This document shows, one piece after another, positions 35,117-45,042 of a stretch of 64,000 nucleotides of DNA. A model generated the notes under the pieces. The model saw nothing but the letters and a program-made list of their open reading frames with translations. It did not search any database and was not told the DNA's origin. The stretch's first letter is position 1. The number at the start of each line of letters is the position of its first letter. Origin of the DNA: a virus. The DNA lies in IMG/VR virus record IMGVR_UViG_3300045988_062804, one strand, 5' to 3'. The translations under genes and the position numbers were made by a program.

Positions 35117-35953
35117 TTATTTCTTAGATGCACTTTCTTCTAAGTACATATCGGGATAAGTATCTCTCTTAATAAGTTCAAGTACCTTACTGTTAGTAGG
35201 GTTCTTCATCCAAGTGATTACTGCATCGTCAGTTGCACCTAATACAATGCTATCACCATATAGATAAACCTTATTCTTAACGTATATGACATTCTTGTCT
35301 TTAGCGTCAATAAACATCAATCTCAGATTAATATCTCCACCAGTGTACAGGTCAATAATCTTCTCTGGAGATTTATGTGATATTTCAAGCAAGTAGTCTG
35401 TAATATCTGCGTCTGGTGCGTTACGCATATTCTTGCCAAGCAATCTAGCTTTAAGTGCTCTACCTTCTGCACCTTTAGGGTCACCATAGATGTAAGAGTC
35501 AGCATCATGGATAAGTTTCTTCTTAGAGATTCTCTTAGCAGTATCATATCCAGGTCTTTCTACATATAGTTCAGCTGTACCATAACGAGCACGAGCCTTA
35601 CCCTCAGCTATTTCACCATCAATTAGTAAATTTCCTTTAGAGTCCCTTGCATCTCTTGATAATGCAATAAGAGGACAATGTTGTATTGAGTGCCACTCAG
35701 CAGCCTGCCATTCATCATTTAGGTTAAATGTAGTACCATCTTCAATGATGAACACTTTATTCTCAGGAATAAGTGGTTTACCTTCATTTCTATCCTTATC
35801 AGAGATAATCATATCACCCTTACTATCTACTGGTCTCACGCAGTCAGGGAATCTACCAGTTCTTGGGTCCCTAACAGGATTCATGAAGTACTTCTGTCCA
35901 ACTTTACCGAACACACTTCTTAAAATAATTATATCGTCTAAAACATCAGCCAT
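35117..35953 (-). CDS. Hypothetical capsid-module protein (278 aa)
   Basis: A clean ORF immediately downstream of the MCP. I recognise no motif. Confidence 0.75.
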   Translation of the reverse strand: MADVLDDIIILRSVFGKVGQKYFMNPVRDPRTGRFPDCVRPVDSKGDMIISDKDRNEGKPLIPENKVFIIEDGTTFNLNDEWQAAEWHSIQHCPLIALSRDARDSKGNLLIDGEIAEGKARARYGTAELYVERPGYDTAKRISKKKLIHDADSYIYGDPKGAEGRALKARLLGKNMRNAPDADITDYLLEISHKSPEKIIDLYTGGDINLRLMFIDAKDKNVIYVKNKVYLYGDSIVLGATDDAVITWMKNPTNSKVLELIKRDTYPDMYLEESASKK

Positions 35954-36056
35954 ATTAATTCGTATTTTTATTGTATATCATACATCATCTTTATAATGAG
36001 TATGAGAGGGACTATAGATTAGCCCCTCCCAACACATCTTGATTATATGTTTTTTA

Positions 36057-37478
36057 TTACGCTTCTTTCATAATGAAGCTTCTGTATGGAGAGAATACTC
36101 CAACACCAGAATAACCCCAGTTGATTACCTTAGATGCAGCTGTAGTACTTGAAACGATACCAGAGCTTAGACCATCTAAACCACCAACACCAGGATACTT
36201 GTTAGTAATGAAGTCACCACCCTTTAATGTGAACATTTGGATAGCTGGTTCACCGCTAGTCTTATCAGCAGTAAGGTCAAGCATTAGACCAAAGCCCTTC
36301 TCAGAACCCCATTCACGAGAGAATGTTCTGTCCACCTTGAATGAAATAGTGTTACCACCTATTTCATAACTATTGAATGTAGCACCAACGTCTACATATC
36401 CGTTAGCCTTCTTAGACCATAGATAAGTACCACAAGTTTTGAATCTTGCAAGCCACTCTGATAGGCAGCTTTGGATGTCATTCCACATCTTCTCGTTACA
36501 GATGAATACATACTTATTACCAGTTGGGTTTTCACTCTTCTCATTCATCATAGCCATAGCTGTAGTGAACGCTTCTGGAGTAAGTTTATTGTAAACATAC
36601 TTAGATGCAAATCTTTCGATTTGTGGGATGATACCGTCACCAATGTAGATTGGACGACCAGTGTCAGGGTCAGAGATTGTCGGTTTACCATTCTTATCTA
36701 CGTTAGTCTTATTGAATAATAGACCTTGGTTACGAACTTCCAAGAAGTTTCTTAATAGATTCTTCTCAAGGGTATCCATCTTGTACATTGTTTCCTTAAC
36801 AGCACCATTGCCTTCACCCTTACCAATGCTGATAAATGTTTGCTCTAGTGGCTTGAATAGAGAAGTATAGCTGTCATCAACACGGTGTGTAGTGATGTAA
36901 CCTCTATGTCTCTCAATGTTAGATTGATACTTAACATAACCCTCTTCGTGTGCCTCAGGCATAGCGTTAGATTGGAATCTTGTAGTGTCACCAATCTGGC
37001 ATCCGTCTAGGTCTAGGATTGAAGAATAGTCGTTATCAATTAGTCTTACTTCAACAGTCCAATAATTATCTGCAACTCTTGTAGGTCTGGAGATAACTTG
37101 GCATTGCTGCATTGTTTTGTCAATCTTAAAAATGTCATACTTCTGGTAATAGTTCTCTTTGAAAGCCATTACGATGGTTGTACCACCTTCACCATTAGTT
37201 GCTGGAACATCTGCGAACTCAACCCTCTTGATGTAGTTGGTTTCAACTTCCCACTCGAAGTACATACTATCAATACTTCTATATTTGCTATTTGACTTAG
37301 AATCCATGTAGAAGATGTTTCTTAGAGATTCTGTCAAGTAAGAAGCAGTTAGGTTAGGGTAGAGTCTTGAAACTATACCAAGTCTAGTTGGTTTTGTGCC
37401 TAAGAACTTATAGAAATCTTCATAAGTTCTAGTTTCGCTCATTGTAGGGCGATTGGTTACGAAATTTGCTACTATCAT
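36057..37478 (-). CDS. Major capsid protein (crAss-like, HK97-fold class)
   Basis: A 473-aa ORF immediately after an acidic scaffold-like gene and behind a consensus late promoter. Its size, position and overall sequence character match my recollection of crAss-family MCPs. This was not verifiable without a search. Confidence 0.6.
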   Translation of the reverse strand: MIVANFVTNRPTMSETRTYEDFYKFLGTKPTRLGIVSRLYPNLTASYLTESLRNIFYMDSKSNSKYRSIDSMYFEWEVETNYIKRVEFADVPATNGEGGTTIVMAFKENYYQKYDIFKIDKTMQQCQVISRPTRVADNYWTVEVRLIDNDYSSILDLDGCQIGDTTRFQSNAMPEAHEEGYVKYQSNIERHRGYITTHRVDDSYTSLFKPLEQTFISIGKGEGNGAVKETMYKMDTLEKNLLRNFLEVRNQGLLFNKTNVDKNGKPTISDPDTGRPIYIGDGIIPQIERFASKYVYNKLTPEAFTTAMAMMNEKSENPTGNKYVFICNEKMWNDIQSCLSEWLARFKTCGTYLWSKKANGYVDVGATFNSYEIGGNTISFKVDRTFSREWGSEKGFGLMLDLTADKTSGEPAIQMFTLKGGDFITNKYPGVGGLDGLSSGIVSSTTAASKVINWGYSGVGVFSPYRSFIMKEA

Positions 37479-37494
37479 ACTTTATAATTTAAAT

Positions 37495-38586
37495 TTAATC
37501 TAAATCATCAATTGTTAATACTTTCTTAGCAGGGGCAGCCTTACTACCTGCTGGTTTTTTGACCACTATCTTAGCTGCATTTGGAGCTTTACCTCCTTTA
37601 GCATCCTCAAATCCTTTATTATAATTGTATTTGGATGCTTCTGTAATCTTCTGTTTGTAATAATCAGAAATTTGACTAAACGCCTCCTGTCCTTTAAGTG
37701 CATACCAAACCATACCCACCAAGGTCTTAGGGTCATTCAATGCTTTAGCAATGTGTCTCACTCCTGCAACATCTGAATCTAAGATAAAGCTAGCAATTTC
37801 ATTCATATCGTCCTCAGACAAGGTTAGTGAGGACTCACCCAAGTCAATGGTATCATTCTCTTGAATTGCAGCTACAATAGTATCTTCGAACTCTTGAGCA
37901 GCTTTCTCTGCTGCTAATCTTTGTTCTTCTTCCTCTTGTTGAGCTAGCAACTCTTCTTTCTTCTTATACTCGTTGCGGATACCTTGAACCTTCTTCTGAT
38001 ATAATACTTCGTGCTGTTTAGCTAATTCTAATTCAGCAGCAGCATCTTCGTCAGTAAGCTCTGGGATTTTAGCTTTTAAATCTATAAGATACAGTTCATC
38101 ATCTGGAATGGAATCAACCTCATAGGTAGGAGTTTCTGAATCATTACTAGCTAAGTACTCTTGAATAGCTTGTTGAGCAATATATTTCTTATATTCCTCT
38201 GCACTCAGATTGTTCTCTCTTAACTCGTTAATAAGGCTAACCTCATCTTCTGCTAAACCATAATCGTCATTTGACTCATCATAATTTAGGATTTGAAGCT
38301 GCTCTTCTCTTGAAAGCTCATTAAAACTCTTCTCTTCGATTTCTCCTGTTTCACTCTCGAATTTGATAGCTTCAGGATTGATTCCTTTATCTTTTAGTAG
38401 GGCAACGATAATGTCCTCGTCTTCTGTCTCATTAGTTAGCTCATCCTCGTGAACTTCCTCGTCTTGTGGTACAGAACCATCAAGCCACGGCTTCTCATAG
38501 GTGTCCTCGTCAAACCCGGCTTCGTGAGTTACGTCTTCGTCTAATCCTACATCGTCAATGTCTAAATCCTCTAATTTCATATCCAT
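37495..38586 (-). CDS. Acidic coiled-coil protein, scaffolding-protein candidate
   Basis: The preferred start is ATG 38586 (MDMKLEDLDIDD...). The 30 extra N-terminal codons of the ORF-track model (up to 38676) cover the promoter and an inverted repeat. The protein is extremely D/E-rich with long heptad-like stretches (EELLAQQEEEEQRLAAEKAAQEFE) and a basic C-terminus. It lies directly upstream of the MCP. Confidence 0.45.
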   Translation of the reverse strand: MDMKLEDLDIDDVGLDEDVTHEAGFDEDTYEKPWLDGSVPQDEEVHEDELTNETEDEDIIVALLKDKGINPEAIKFESETGEIEEKSFNELSREEQLQILNYDESNDDYGLAEDEVSLINELRENNLSAEEYKKYIAQQAIQEYLASNDSETPTYEVDSIPDDELYLIDLKAKIPELTDEDAAAELELAKQHEVLYQKKVQGIRNEYKKKEELLAQQEEEEQRLAAEKAAQEFEDTIVAAIQENDTIDLGESSLTLSEDDMNEIASFILDSDVAGVRHIAKALNDPKTLVGMVWYALKGQEAFSQISDYYKQKITEASKYNYNKGFEDAKGGKAPNAAKIVVKKPAGSKAAPAKKVLTIDDLD

Positions 38587-38610
38587 ATTATTCCCTTTTA
38601 AAGTTATTTG

Positions 38611-38641
38611 CAAAATTAAGGAAATTTTAGGGGTGTCCAAA
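38611..38641 (-). promoter_or_regulatory. Bacteroides-type promoter (TTTG-N19-TAATTTTG) for the scaffold/MCP unit
   Basis: On the minus strand, the -33 TTTG is at 38641-38638, the spacer is 19 nt, and the -7 TAATTTTG is at 38618-38611. It lies 24 nt upstream of ATG 38586. This is an exact match to the TTTG / TAnnTTTG consensus of Bacteroides housekeeping promoters. Confidence 0.65.
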
Positions 38642-38685
38642 ATGAAATACTGAAATTCATTAATATTTGAGAACACCCCTAATTA

Positions 38686-39279
38686 TTATCCTTGTATTGC
38701 CTTGATATAATCCAATATACCCTGTACGTGCAGGCGAGCTATAGTTGCTCTACCCTCATCTGATAGTAGGTACTCTACGTCTACCTTATTATCTTGAAAC
38801 AGATTCTCTGTTAAAACTGCTGGGCATTTAGTCTCCCTACATATAGCTAGATTCTGCTTCCAATATACTTGTGTTTGTGAATATTTCCTTAGTGTTAAAC
38901 CCTCTTTACGTGCTGCTTCAAACAAGCACTCTGCCAGTCTCTTACTCTTACTTGAGCTATTGTTGGAGATGAATACACTCCAACCTTTAGCGTTCATCCA
39001 ATCTGCCCCGCTACCAGCAGCATTACAGTGAATCGACACCAATACAGTATTAGCTTTTCCATGTGTATCACAGTATTGGTTTACTATTCGGCATCTTTGC
39101 ATAAGTGGTACATCTACATCATCTGTAACTACCAACTCAACATTAAAGCCTTTATCAGTTAATTGTTTCTTTACCTCGTTAGCAATCTCTCTGCAATATT
39201 TATACTCCCTAAGTCTTCCGTCTGGACTTCTTTTACCTGGAGTAGACTCTCCGTGACCTGCATCTAATAGAATTATCAT
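38686..39279 (-). CDS. N-acetylmuramoyl-L-alanine amidase (Amidase_3 family) endolysin
   Basis: MIILLDAGHGESTPGKRSPDG..REY.., VLVSIHCNAAGSG and PAVLTENLFQDN reproduce the Amidase_3 zinc-ligand and core motifs (DxGHG, E, SxHxNA, E). Size is 197 aa. The start overlaps the upstream stop (ATGA). Confidence 0.85.
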   Translation of the reverse strand: MIILLDAGHGESTPGKRSPDGRLREYKYCREIANEVKKQLTDKGFNVELVVTDDVDVPLMQRCRIVNQYCDTHGKANTVLVSIHCNAAGSGADWMNAKGWSVFISNNSSSKSKRLAECLFEAARKEGLTLRKYSQTQVYWKQNLAICRETKCPAVLTENLFQDNKVDVEYLLSDEGRATIARLHVQGILDYIKAIQG

Positions 39280-39590
39280 AGTTTACTAAATTTTAGACAA
39301 GTGTCAAGAGTTGATAATGTTATCTTCCCCTCGCTGTCAAGCTCTTGTATTCTCTTCTTTATAATTCCAAGTTGAGAATAATTAATGTCTATTTCCTTTT
39401 GTATATCTTTACTTGGATTCCATTTAATTTGACCACCATCCTCTTTATACTGTATCTCATCCTTCTCCTCATCTGTAAATCTTAGTGACTTTACTAACTC
39501 TACAATTTCAACTAAGTCACTCATATTGCCTGCTGTAGGAAGCATAGCAATTATAGTTAGCCTATCTCTAATACTTAAGTTTACAACCAT
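39276..39590 (-). CDS. Hypothetical protein upstream of the endolysin (104 aa from the preferred start)
   Basis: The preferred start is ATG 39590 (MVVNLSIRD...), 5 nt after the stop of the 1080-aa gene. The ORF-track start at 39623 would overlap by 29 nt. There is no clear TM segment, so this is not an obvious holin. Confidence 0.65.
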   Translation of the reverse strand: MVVNLSIRDRLTIIAMLPTAGNMSDLVEIVELVKSLRFTDEEKDEIQYKEDGGQIKWNPSKDIQKEIDINYSQLGIIKKRIQELDSEGKITLSTLDTCLKFSKL

Positions 39591-39594
39591 AATA

Positions 39595-42500
39595 TTACGT
39601 ATGAAAATCCATAACCAATCCATCTCTTACTGTAAGATAAACGTGTCCTCTACCAGATACCTTATACGTACCAGAACGGGGAATATTTAGTTTAGGTTTA
39701 CCGTCTGCCTCATAACCTTCTACAAACCCAAACCCTTCAGCATACGTTCTTTTTGTACTAAGTGAGAACCCATCGAACCATGCTGCCCATACTTCACCTT
39801 TACCTGGGTATCTAGCAGTCTTCTCTGAATTTACTGATGTAAATATTCCTGCACCCATCATAGTAAATACCATAATAGGCATAGCCCATACTCCAGTCTG
39901 GATTTTAATGCAAGTTTCCCAATCATTTCCAATCCAGCTATAATTAACAGATGCCCATCCAAGCTCTATCTTCTTGTCTGTACCACCTCCGTAGTCAAAT
40001 GTTTCCCACTCTAACCTGTTACTTCCATCTTTGTTGAGCTTAAATCCCCCAATCTGTCCATCATAAGCTGTGATGTCCCAGCATTTGATGTTAGTTGCCC
40101 TAACTTTCTTGAAGTCACAATCTTGTGCCCATATGTTTCCGTATTTACTAACTGTGAAGAATGGCTGGAACTCACCATCCACCTCGTGACCAACACTTAA
40201 TCCTCTTGATTGAATCCAACCATTAACGTCTAAAACTGCCTCTATGAATTGCCCATTATCATTAAATAGTCCACCTAGGGTCATAGCCTTGTTATCAGCT
40301 ATATTAAACCTAAATTGGTCAGCATTCATGTAAATCTCGGTCTTGTTCCTGTAAGTAGGATTGCCATTCTCGTCTAGAATAGGTTCACCTTCAAGATTTA
40401 AAGCTGGTACTTGGTCAATAGTCCCATCTTTGTTAACTACATCCCTAATTTCTAAACCTGCATTCCTAAACTTCAATAATATACTCTCTTCTGAGAAGTC
40501 CACTATAGAAGTGCCATTATTAAGGTAGAACTCTCCAGTTAAGAATACATTCTCACCGTATAACCCAAATCCATATGGCTGTTTATTACCAAAGATTTCA
40601 TTATAGATTCCATCTAGGTTTCCTACCCTTACTCTTGTTGTTTTAGTGTAAGCGTGCCTATACTTACCATCTTTTACAACTAACTCTGAGTCCTTAGTTG
40701 GATAAAGAGTGCCATAGTACTCCTTGCTCCCAATTCTGATGGGAGTTATATAATCTACATTACTAGGGGGCTGGTTCTCTTGCAGATAGTAATTATACTT
40801 TATTCCATTATACTTAAACGTGGTACCATCTTGCCTATATATATACTCGTGTCTCCTATAGATTGGAATATCATACAGTACTGAGTAGTCAGGTCTATTT
40901 AGACCACTAATTACGTCAATAAACGGACCATCATCATCACATGAGGTTAAATAGATAGCATTTTGTCTTTGCACATCATAAATGTTGCCCATCTGAATCA
41001 TATCATCACCAGGGGCTATATCATCTACTCTAGCTTCTGTGGTTTTAGATGAGGAGTTCGATTCCAGTCTACCCGTGATTGGATTATAACTCTTCTCAGT
41101 CTTAGTATACTGAGTAGTATTATATTCTTCTTTATAATCCTTAACTGAACCATTCTCGTTATAATGTATCTCAGTATACTTATCGAATACTGAAACTGCT
41201 TTCTGAACTATAAACTGTCTTGTCCCTATTTGTGTTAGTACTATAGCATCATAGTACTTTATGTTGCCATTAGTATATTTTTGACATCTAATAATGTCGC
41301 CAGCCTTGAACATTGGATATTCATCACCATCAGTATTTACAATCCACAAATTAGGCACTGTAGCTGTAGGTACGTACCCATTATCAAACTCTGAGTTTGA
41401 TTCCTGTATGGCAGAGTTTATTATAGATGTTTCAAGAGCGAAATACTTGTAGTAAGGATATATTTGGAATATATACCTACGTGCCTCCCCTTGTGAGGTA
41501 GCCTGCTCATATAAGTCCGTGTATAACTTACCAGAAGTTGGCTCAATACCCTTAGGTATCATAAATAACGGAAACTTTTTATCAAAAGTATCTCTATACT
41601 CCCATTCTATAGGTTCTGTACCTTCATCCCATTGTCCTTCATTACCTCCCCATTTAGTTACTACTATCTCTTTACTAATGTAATATAAACTTATGCAACT
41701 GAGAAGTGCTGTGTGATTTGCATCACCACTAGATGATGTTAATAAAGCTTCATCATACAATGTTTGCATTCCCTTAAATAGAGGATTATTAACTAAACCC
41801 ACAGGGTCCTTTACATGTATAATAAACTTATAGTTTACGAATGCCTTACTATTCCTATTTATCTCACTTGGTCCTGATAGCTCAGAAGTTAGCGAGATTG
41901 TACTCTCGATATTTGTCCCATTACTAGGAATTGGTAAATAGTATGTATTGCTCTTGATAATCTTAAGAGCTGCGTCTTTATTTTCTGCTGAGCCTGTCCA
42001 GGATGCAATACTCCTTAGTTCTTTATCAGTTAATATAGTGGGTTGCACAGCAGACTCACATTTACTGGAATTACTAACCCATATACTTCCATTAGTAGCA
42101 CTAATCTTGTTGATTACCATCTCATATACTTTCATAGCCTTGCGAACTACAAGATAGTCAATGGTTAACGTATTAGTGTCTGCGTCAAGTCTCCAACCAT
42201 AGCCACCAAACCCTGATGCAAACTCTGGGGAGGTAATACTTCTACTTGTTACTAAATCTCCATACATTCGGACATTCTCCTTAAAAGTCCAGTTATTCTC
42301 TGACACACCTTTGCCCTTAAATGTCCAATTACCTGTAATGTATTCATCTACTTTCTTCTTAGCCAAATCATCTGCGGAGTAACCACCTATAAATTCGGCA
42401 TTTAGATTGTTTACCAACTTAGAAGAAGCCACTATTAAAGGAGGACCAACAGTGTTAATTTCTAACTGTCCTGTCATTGTGTCTCCCTTACGCCTTACAT

Positions 42501-42837
42501 ATCCATCACCAGCACCTTCTGCTGCCTCTATTAGGGCTACATATCTCTCATCATAAGAAATATATAGGGTAGTTGTAAGTGTATTATAAATGAAGAATCC
42601 ATCTCCAGGATACTCCATCTGCTCCATCTCAAGTAAGCTCCCAACTATAATAGTCTGGCTTTTAATTTCTGACTCAGTAGCCTTGTCAAGTAATGCTAAT
42701 ACATCACTTAGAGCTCTTGAATTATTACCAGTCTTTATGTAGACCTTCCCAAGAGTTTCAAGTACTAAATCAGTGTACTTATTACCAACTATAACTTTAT
42801 CACCCCCTAAGAATGACTCTGTTCTAATGTTGTCCAT
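39595..42837 (-). CDS. Tail fibre/spike protein (1080 aa)
   Basis: It contains the classic fibre motif KGDTMTGQLEIN near aa 118 (about nt 42467-42490). Composition is beta-rich and repetitive, and it lies among the fibre genes. Confidence 0.65.
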   Translation of the reverse strand: MDNIRTESFLGGDKVIVGNKYTDLVLETLGKVYIKTGNNSRALSDVLALLDKATESEIKSQTIIVGSLLEMEQMEYPGDGFFIYNTLTTTLYISYDERYVALIEAAEGAGDGYVRRKGDTMTGQLEINTVGPPLIVASSKLVNNLNAEFIGGYSADDLAKKKVDEYITGNWTFKGKGVSENNWTFKENVRMYGDLVTSRSITSPEFASGFGGYGWRLDADTNTLTIDYLVVRKAMKVYEMVINKISATNGSIWVSNSSKCESAVQPTILTDKELRSIASWTGSAENKDAALKIIKSNTYYLPIPSNGTNIESTISLTSELSGPSEINRNSKAFVNYKFIIHVKDPVGLVNNPLFKGMQTLYDEALLTSSSGDANHTALLSCISLYYISKEIVVTKWGGNEGQWDEGTEPIEWEYRDTFDKKFPLFMIPKGIEPTSGKLYTDLYEQATSQGEARRYIFQIYPYYKYFALETSIINSAIQESNSEFDNGYVPTATVPNLWIVNTDGDEYPMFKAGDIIRCQKYTNGNIKYYDAIVLTQIGTRQFIVQKAVSVFDKYTEIHYNENGSVKDYKEEYNTTQYTKTEKSYNPITGRLESNSSSKTTEARVDDIAPGDDMIQMGNIYDVQRQNAIYLTSCDDDGPFIDVISGLNRPDYSVLYDIPIYRRHEYIYRQDGTTFKYNGIKYNYYLQENQPPSNVDYITPIRIGSKEYYGTLYPTKDSELVVKDGKYRHAYTKTTRVRVGNLDGIYNEIFGNKQPYGFGLYGENVFLTGEFYLNNGTSIVDFSEESILLKFRNAGLEIRDVVNKDGTIDQVPALNLEGEPILDENGNPTYRNKTEIYMNADQFRFNIADNKAMTLGGLFNDNGQFIEAVLDVNGWIQSRGLSVGHEVDGEFQPFFTVSKYGNIWAQDCDFKKVRATNIKCWDITAYDGQIGGFKLNKDGSNRLEWETFDYGGGTDKKIELGWASVNYSWIGNDWETCIKIQTGVWAMPIMVFTMMGAGIFTSVNSEKTARYPGKGEVWAAWFDGFSLSTKRTYAEGFGFVEGYEADGKPKLNIPRSGTYKVSGRGHVYLTVRDGLVMDFHT

Positions 42838-43165
42838 TGTTCGCTTTCAACGTTTTAAATATTCTCTCGAACTCATCAATGTCAGCCTCACCAAACTTAA
42901 CTGGTTTACCAAATAGCTTAACGACATATCCGTCTTTAGCACGAGTCTTCATAACGTCACGTAGCGCATTTCCAAATAAATCTATGTTTATATTACCACC
43001 CTTATCGAGGAATGGTTCCAAATACATTCCATACTTGTCCTCCATGTTATTAACTACGTAAGTTATGAGAGCATCAGTACCTATTGTGTTTATGCCGAAT
43101 AAGTTACCTACCAAGTTTTTAGTGAATGTGTTTGCTGCTTGAAATATCAATTCCTTGTCACTCAT
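42824..43165 (-). CDS. Hypothetical protein (113 aa)
   Basis: A clean ORF with a TAATG-coupled start. Its stop overlaps the fibre gene start by 14 nt. Confidence 0.7.
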   Translation of the reverse strand: MSDKELIFQAANTFTKNLVGNLFGINTIGTDALITYVVNNMEDKYGMYLEPFLDKGGNINIDLFGNALRDVMKTRAKDGYVVKLFGKPVKFGEADIDEFERIFKTLKANNGQH

Positions 43166-43614
43166 TATTTAGCTGTTTTATTCATCATGAGTTCATCAAA
43201 TCTCTTCTTCATCTCTGGGTCACTTTCCATTAATTCTAATAATGTGTTAACCTTTTCTTCTTTTGCCTTAATCTGAGATTGTATAAACTCCTTACTCTTT
43301 CTAATAGTAGCTAATAGATTCTCAGCTGCTACTTTACCATCAGGGGAGTTTACATATTCCGCACTAAACTTAGTACCTAAGAATGCCATGAATCCTGCTT
43401 CATAGGTCTGTTTAGCCATTTGATACTCTTGTGTTTTAGCCAATACGTTCTGCTCATCAACAGACAACGACCCAACCTCCCTGTTTATTTCATCAAGGAT
43501 GGGTTGAGTCTTCTGTTGTGCTTGCTGAGCTTGTTGCATTACTTGTAATTGTTGCAGGTACTGGTTCTGTAAGTCAGTATAATTACTGCCAAAAGGTTGT
43601 CCAAATAAGCTCAT
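43165..43614 (-). CDS. Hypothetical Gln-rich helical protein (149 aa)
   Basis: A clean ORF with an N-terminal Q-rich tract (QNQYLQQLQVMQQAQQAQQKTQ). Confidence 0.7.
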   Translation of the reverse strand: MSLFGQPFGSNYTDLQNQYLQQLQVMQQAQQAQQKTQPILDEINREVGSLSVDEQNVLAKTQEYQMAKQTYEAGFMAFLGTKFSAEYVNSPDGKVAAENLLATIRKSKEFIQSQIKAKEEKVNTLLELMESDPEMKKRFDELMMNKTAK

Positions 43615-43626
43615 GTTATGGGATTA

Positions 43627-44076
43627 TTATGCTGCTGCTGGAATCTGTATCTCGAATACTGAGTATGCACAATTACCTTTAACTGGTAATGATGTTGGTA
43701 ACTCATCTAAGATAGCTTGATTAACAATACTAACTCCGTTAGGAATTATTACATCAATAACCTTATTAACTTCTGGAACAAGTGTAGTTATTGTTTCACT
43801 TGTTGCTGGAGAAGATAGTATAGTTGATGTCTCTTCTGTAGCTAATCTCACATTTCCCTTACAATCAGTGTACTGTATATTATGTATAATATCAAACTTA
43901 GTAACTTGCATGTAAGAAGCTGCACCTGTTGTAGCTGTGTTAATAACCTTAGCCCATCTTTGAGTAATTGTTAATGTAGACACTGGAGCTACAGATGCTC
44001 TTGCTCCGCATGGTAACGATACATTAAATTCAATTAACTGAGCACTTTCTCCTATAGGAGTAATTTTAACTTTCAT
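43627..44076 (-). CDS. Hypothetical beta-rich protein (149 aa)
   Basis: A clean ORF, the first gene after the terminator at 44095-44132. Confidence 0.7.
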   Translation of the reverse strand: MKVKITPIGESAQLIEFNVSLPCGARASVAPVSTLTITQRWAKVINTATTGAASYMQVTKFDIIHNIQYTDCKGNVRLATEETSTILSSPATSETITTLVPEVNKVIDVIIPNGVSIVNQAILDELPTSLPVKGNCAYSVFEIQIPAAA

Positions 44077-44094
44077 AAGTGTTTGTGTTTTAAA

Positions 44095-44132
44095 TATAAA
44101 AAATAAGGGAGACTATTTGCATAATCTCCCTT
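44095..44132 (-). terminator. Intrinsic terminator after the 288-aa gene
   Basis: An 8-bp stem aagggaga (44105-44112) paired with tctccctt (44125-44132), with a 12-nt loop. On the minus strand it is followed by ATTTTTTAT. It starts 9 nt after the stop at 44141. Confidence 0.75.
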
Positions 44133-44140
44133 TCAATATC

Positions 44141-45007
44141 TTACTGAGCTGTACAAGATGGACAAGCACTGTTGATGGCTGTATTTACTGCATTCCAGTT
44201 AGAAGCAGCTTGACCAGCATACATACCTGTACCATATTGTGTGAATGGACTACAGTATAGTGGAGAAATACTAGGAACTGGAGCACATAGGTCACTATAA
44301 GCATATTTCAGCTGTCCAGTAATCTTGTGGTCTAGTTGTCTCTGTAAATCACCAGCAGCAACTAATAGTTGTTTCTCTGACTTGCAGCAGCAGTTATCTG
44401 AATATCTTTCAGCATTAACCTTGTTAAGTTCGAACATTAGAGGTAGAGCAGCAGCAGTTGCAGCTTCCTTCTTCTCTAACTCAACTAAACGTGTGTTAAG
44501 TCTCTCGAAGATTTCTGACTTCTCTTGTACGTCTTGCTCTCTCCTCTTGTAAAGTTCATCACATAGTCTCATGTTCTGAGCATTATCACGAGTGATTATA
44601 TCAACGTACATTCCACTCTTCTCTTGTAAGTCTTCTACTCTACCCTTCCAGATTTGGTTTGTTAGAACTTGTGTTTCGTTTCCAATTCTTTCGTTAGTAG
44701 CCAAATTCCTACCATTGATGTAAGTGTATAAGTCAATATCATCTTGCATAGACTGTACTCTATTGTTCCAAGCTAGATTCTGAGACATTTGTCCTTGTGC
44801 CATAGCAGTCTGCATAGCCTTCTCAGCTATACAATTACCGTTATTACCTCCAAATAGACCTCCGAGAATACCGTTGTTACCACAGCCATTGTTACCTGTA
44901 AAAGCTCCAAGTGCTGTTCCAATAATACCTAGAGTCAGAGCTGCATTGGTTTTACCTTTCTTACCAAATTTATCCTCTGCCTCTTGCATTGTTAAAAATT
45001 CTGCCAT
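44141..45007 (-). CDS. Membrane-anchored coiled-coil protein with a glycine-zipper TM segment and a Cys-rich C-terminus (288 aa), function unknown
   Basis: The TM/glycine-zipper region is AALTLGIIGTALGAFTGNNGCGNNGILGGLFGGNNGNC. The central region is long and charged and helical (RVEDLQEKSG...RREQDVQEKSEIFERLNTRLVELEKKEA). The C-terminus carries CCC, CAP, YCSP and CPSC. The gene has its own consensus promoter and terminator. Confidence 0.75.
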   Translation of the reverse strand: MAEFLTMQEAEDKFGKKGKTNAALTLGIIGTALGAFTGNNGCGNNGILGGLFGGNNGNCIAEKAMQTAMAQGQMSQNLAWNNRVQSMQDDIDLYTYINGRNLATNERIGNETQVLTNQIWKGRVEDLQEKSGMYVDIITRDNAQNMRLCDELYKRREQDVQEKSEIFERLNTRLVELEKKEAATAAALPLMFELNKVNAERYSDNCCCKSEKQLLVAAGDLQRQLDHKITGQLKYAYSDLCAPVPSISPLYCSPFTQYGTGMYAGQAASNWNAVNTAINSACPSCTAQ

Positions 45008-45042
45008 AATTTGTTAAGCGCGCTTCTTTAATTTTCATAGTG

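Noticed and set aside
36006-36028. Hairpin after the MCP gene (gagggact / agcccctc) considered as a terminator
   Set aside because: The 8-bp stem has a mismatch, and on the minus strand it is followed by TCATACTCATT, with no U-run. At most this is a weak RNA structure and is not supportable as a terminator.
38587-38676. A 30-codon N-terminal extension of the scaffold-like ORF (MFSNINEFQYFILDTPKISLILQITLKGNN)
   Set aside because: This stretch contains a consensus promoter (-33/-7 boxes) and a 10-bp inverted repeat, and it is hydrophobic nonsense-like. The start at ATG 38586 (MDMKLEDLD) sits 24 nt downstream of the -7 box.
43627-44076. Possible o-spanin lipoprotein (SLPCG at aa 20-24 of the 149-aa protein) partnering the 288-aa membrane protein
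   Set aside because: No hydrophobic signal peptide precedes the Cys, and L-P-C is not a canonical lipobox. The two genes are also separated by a terminator.
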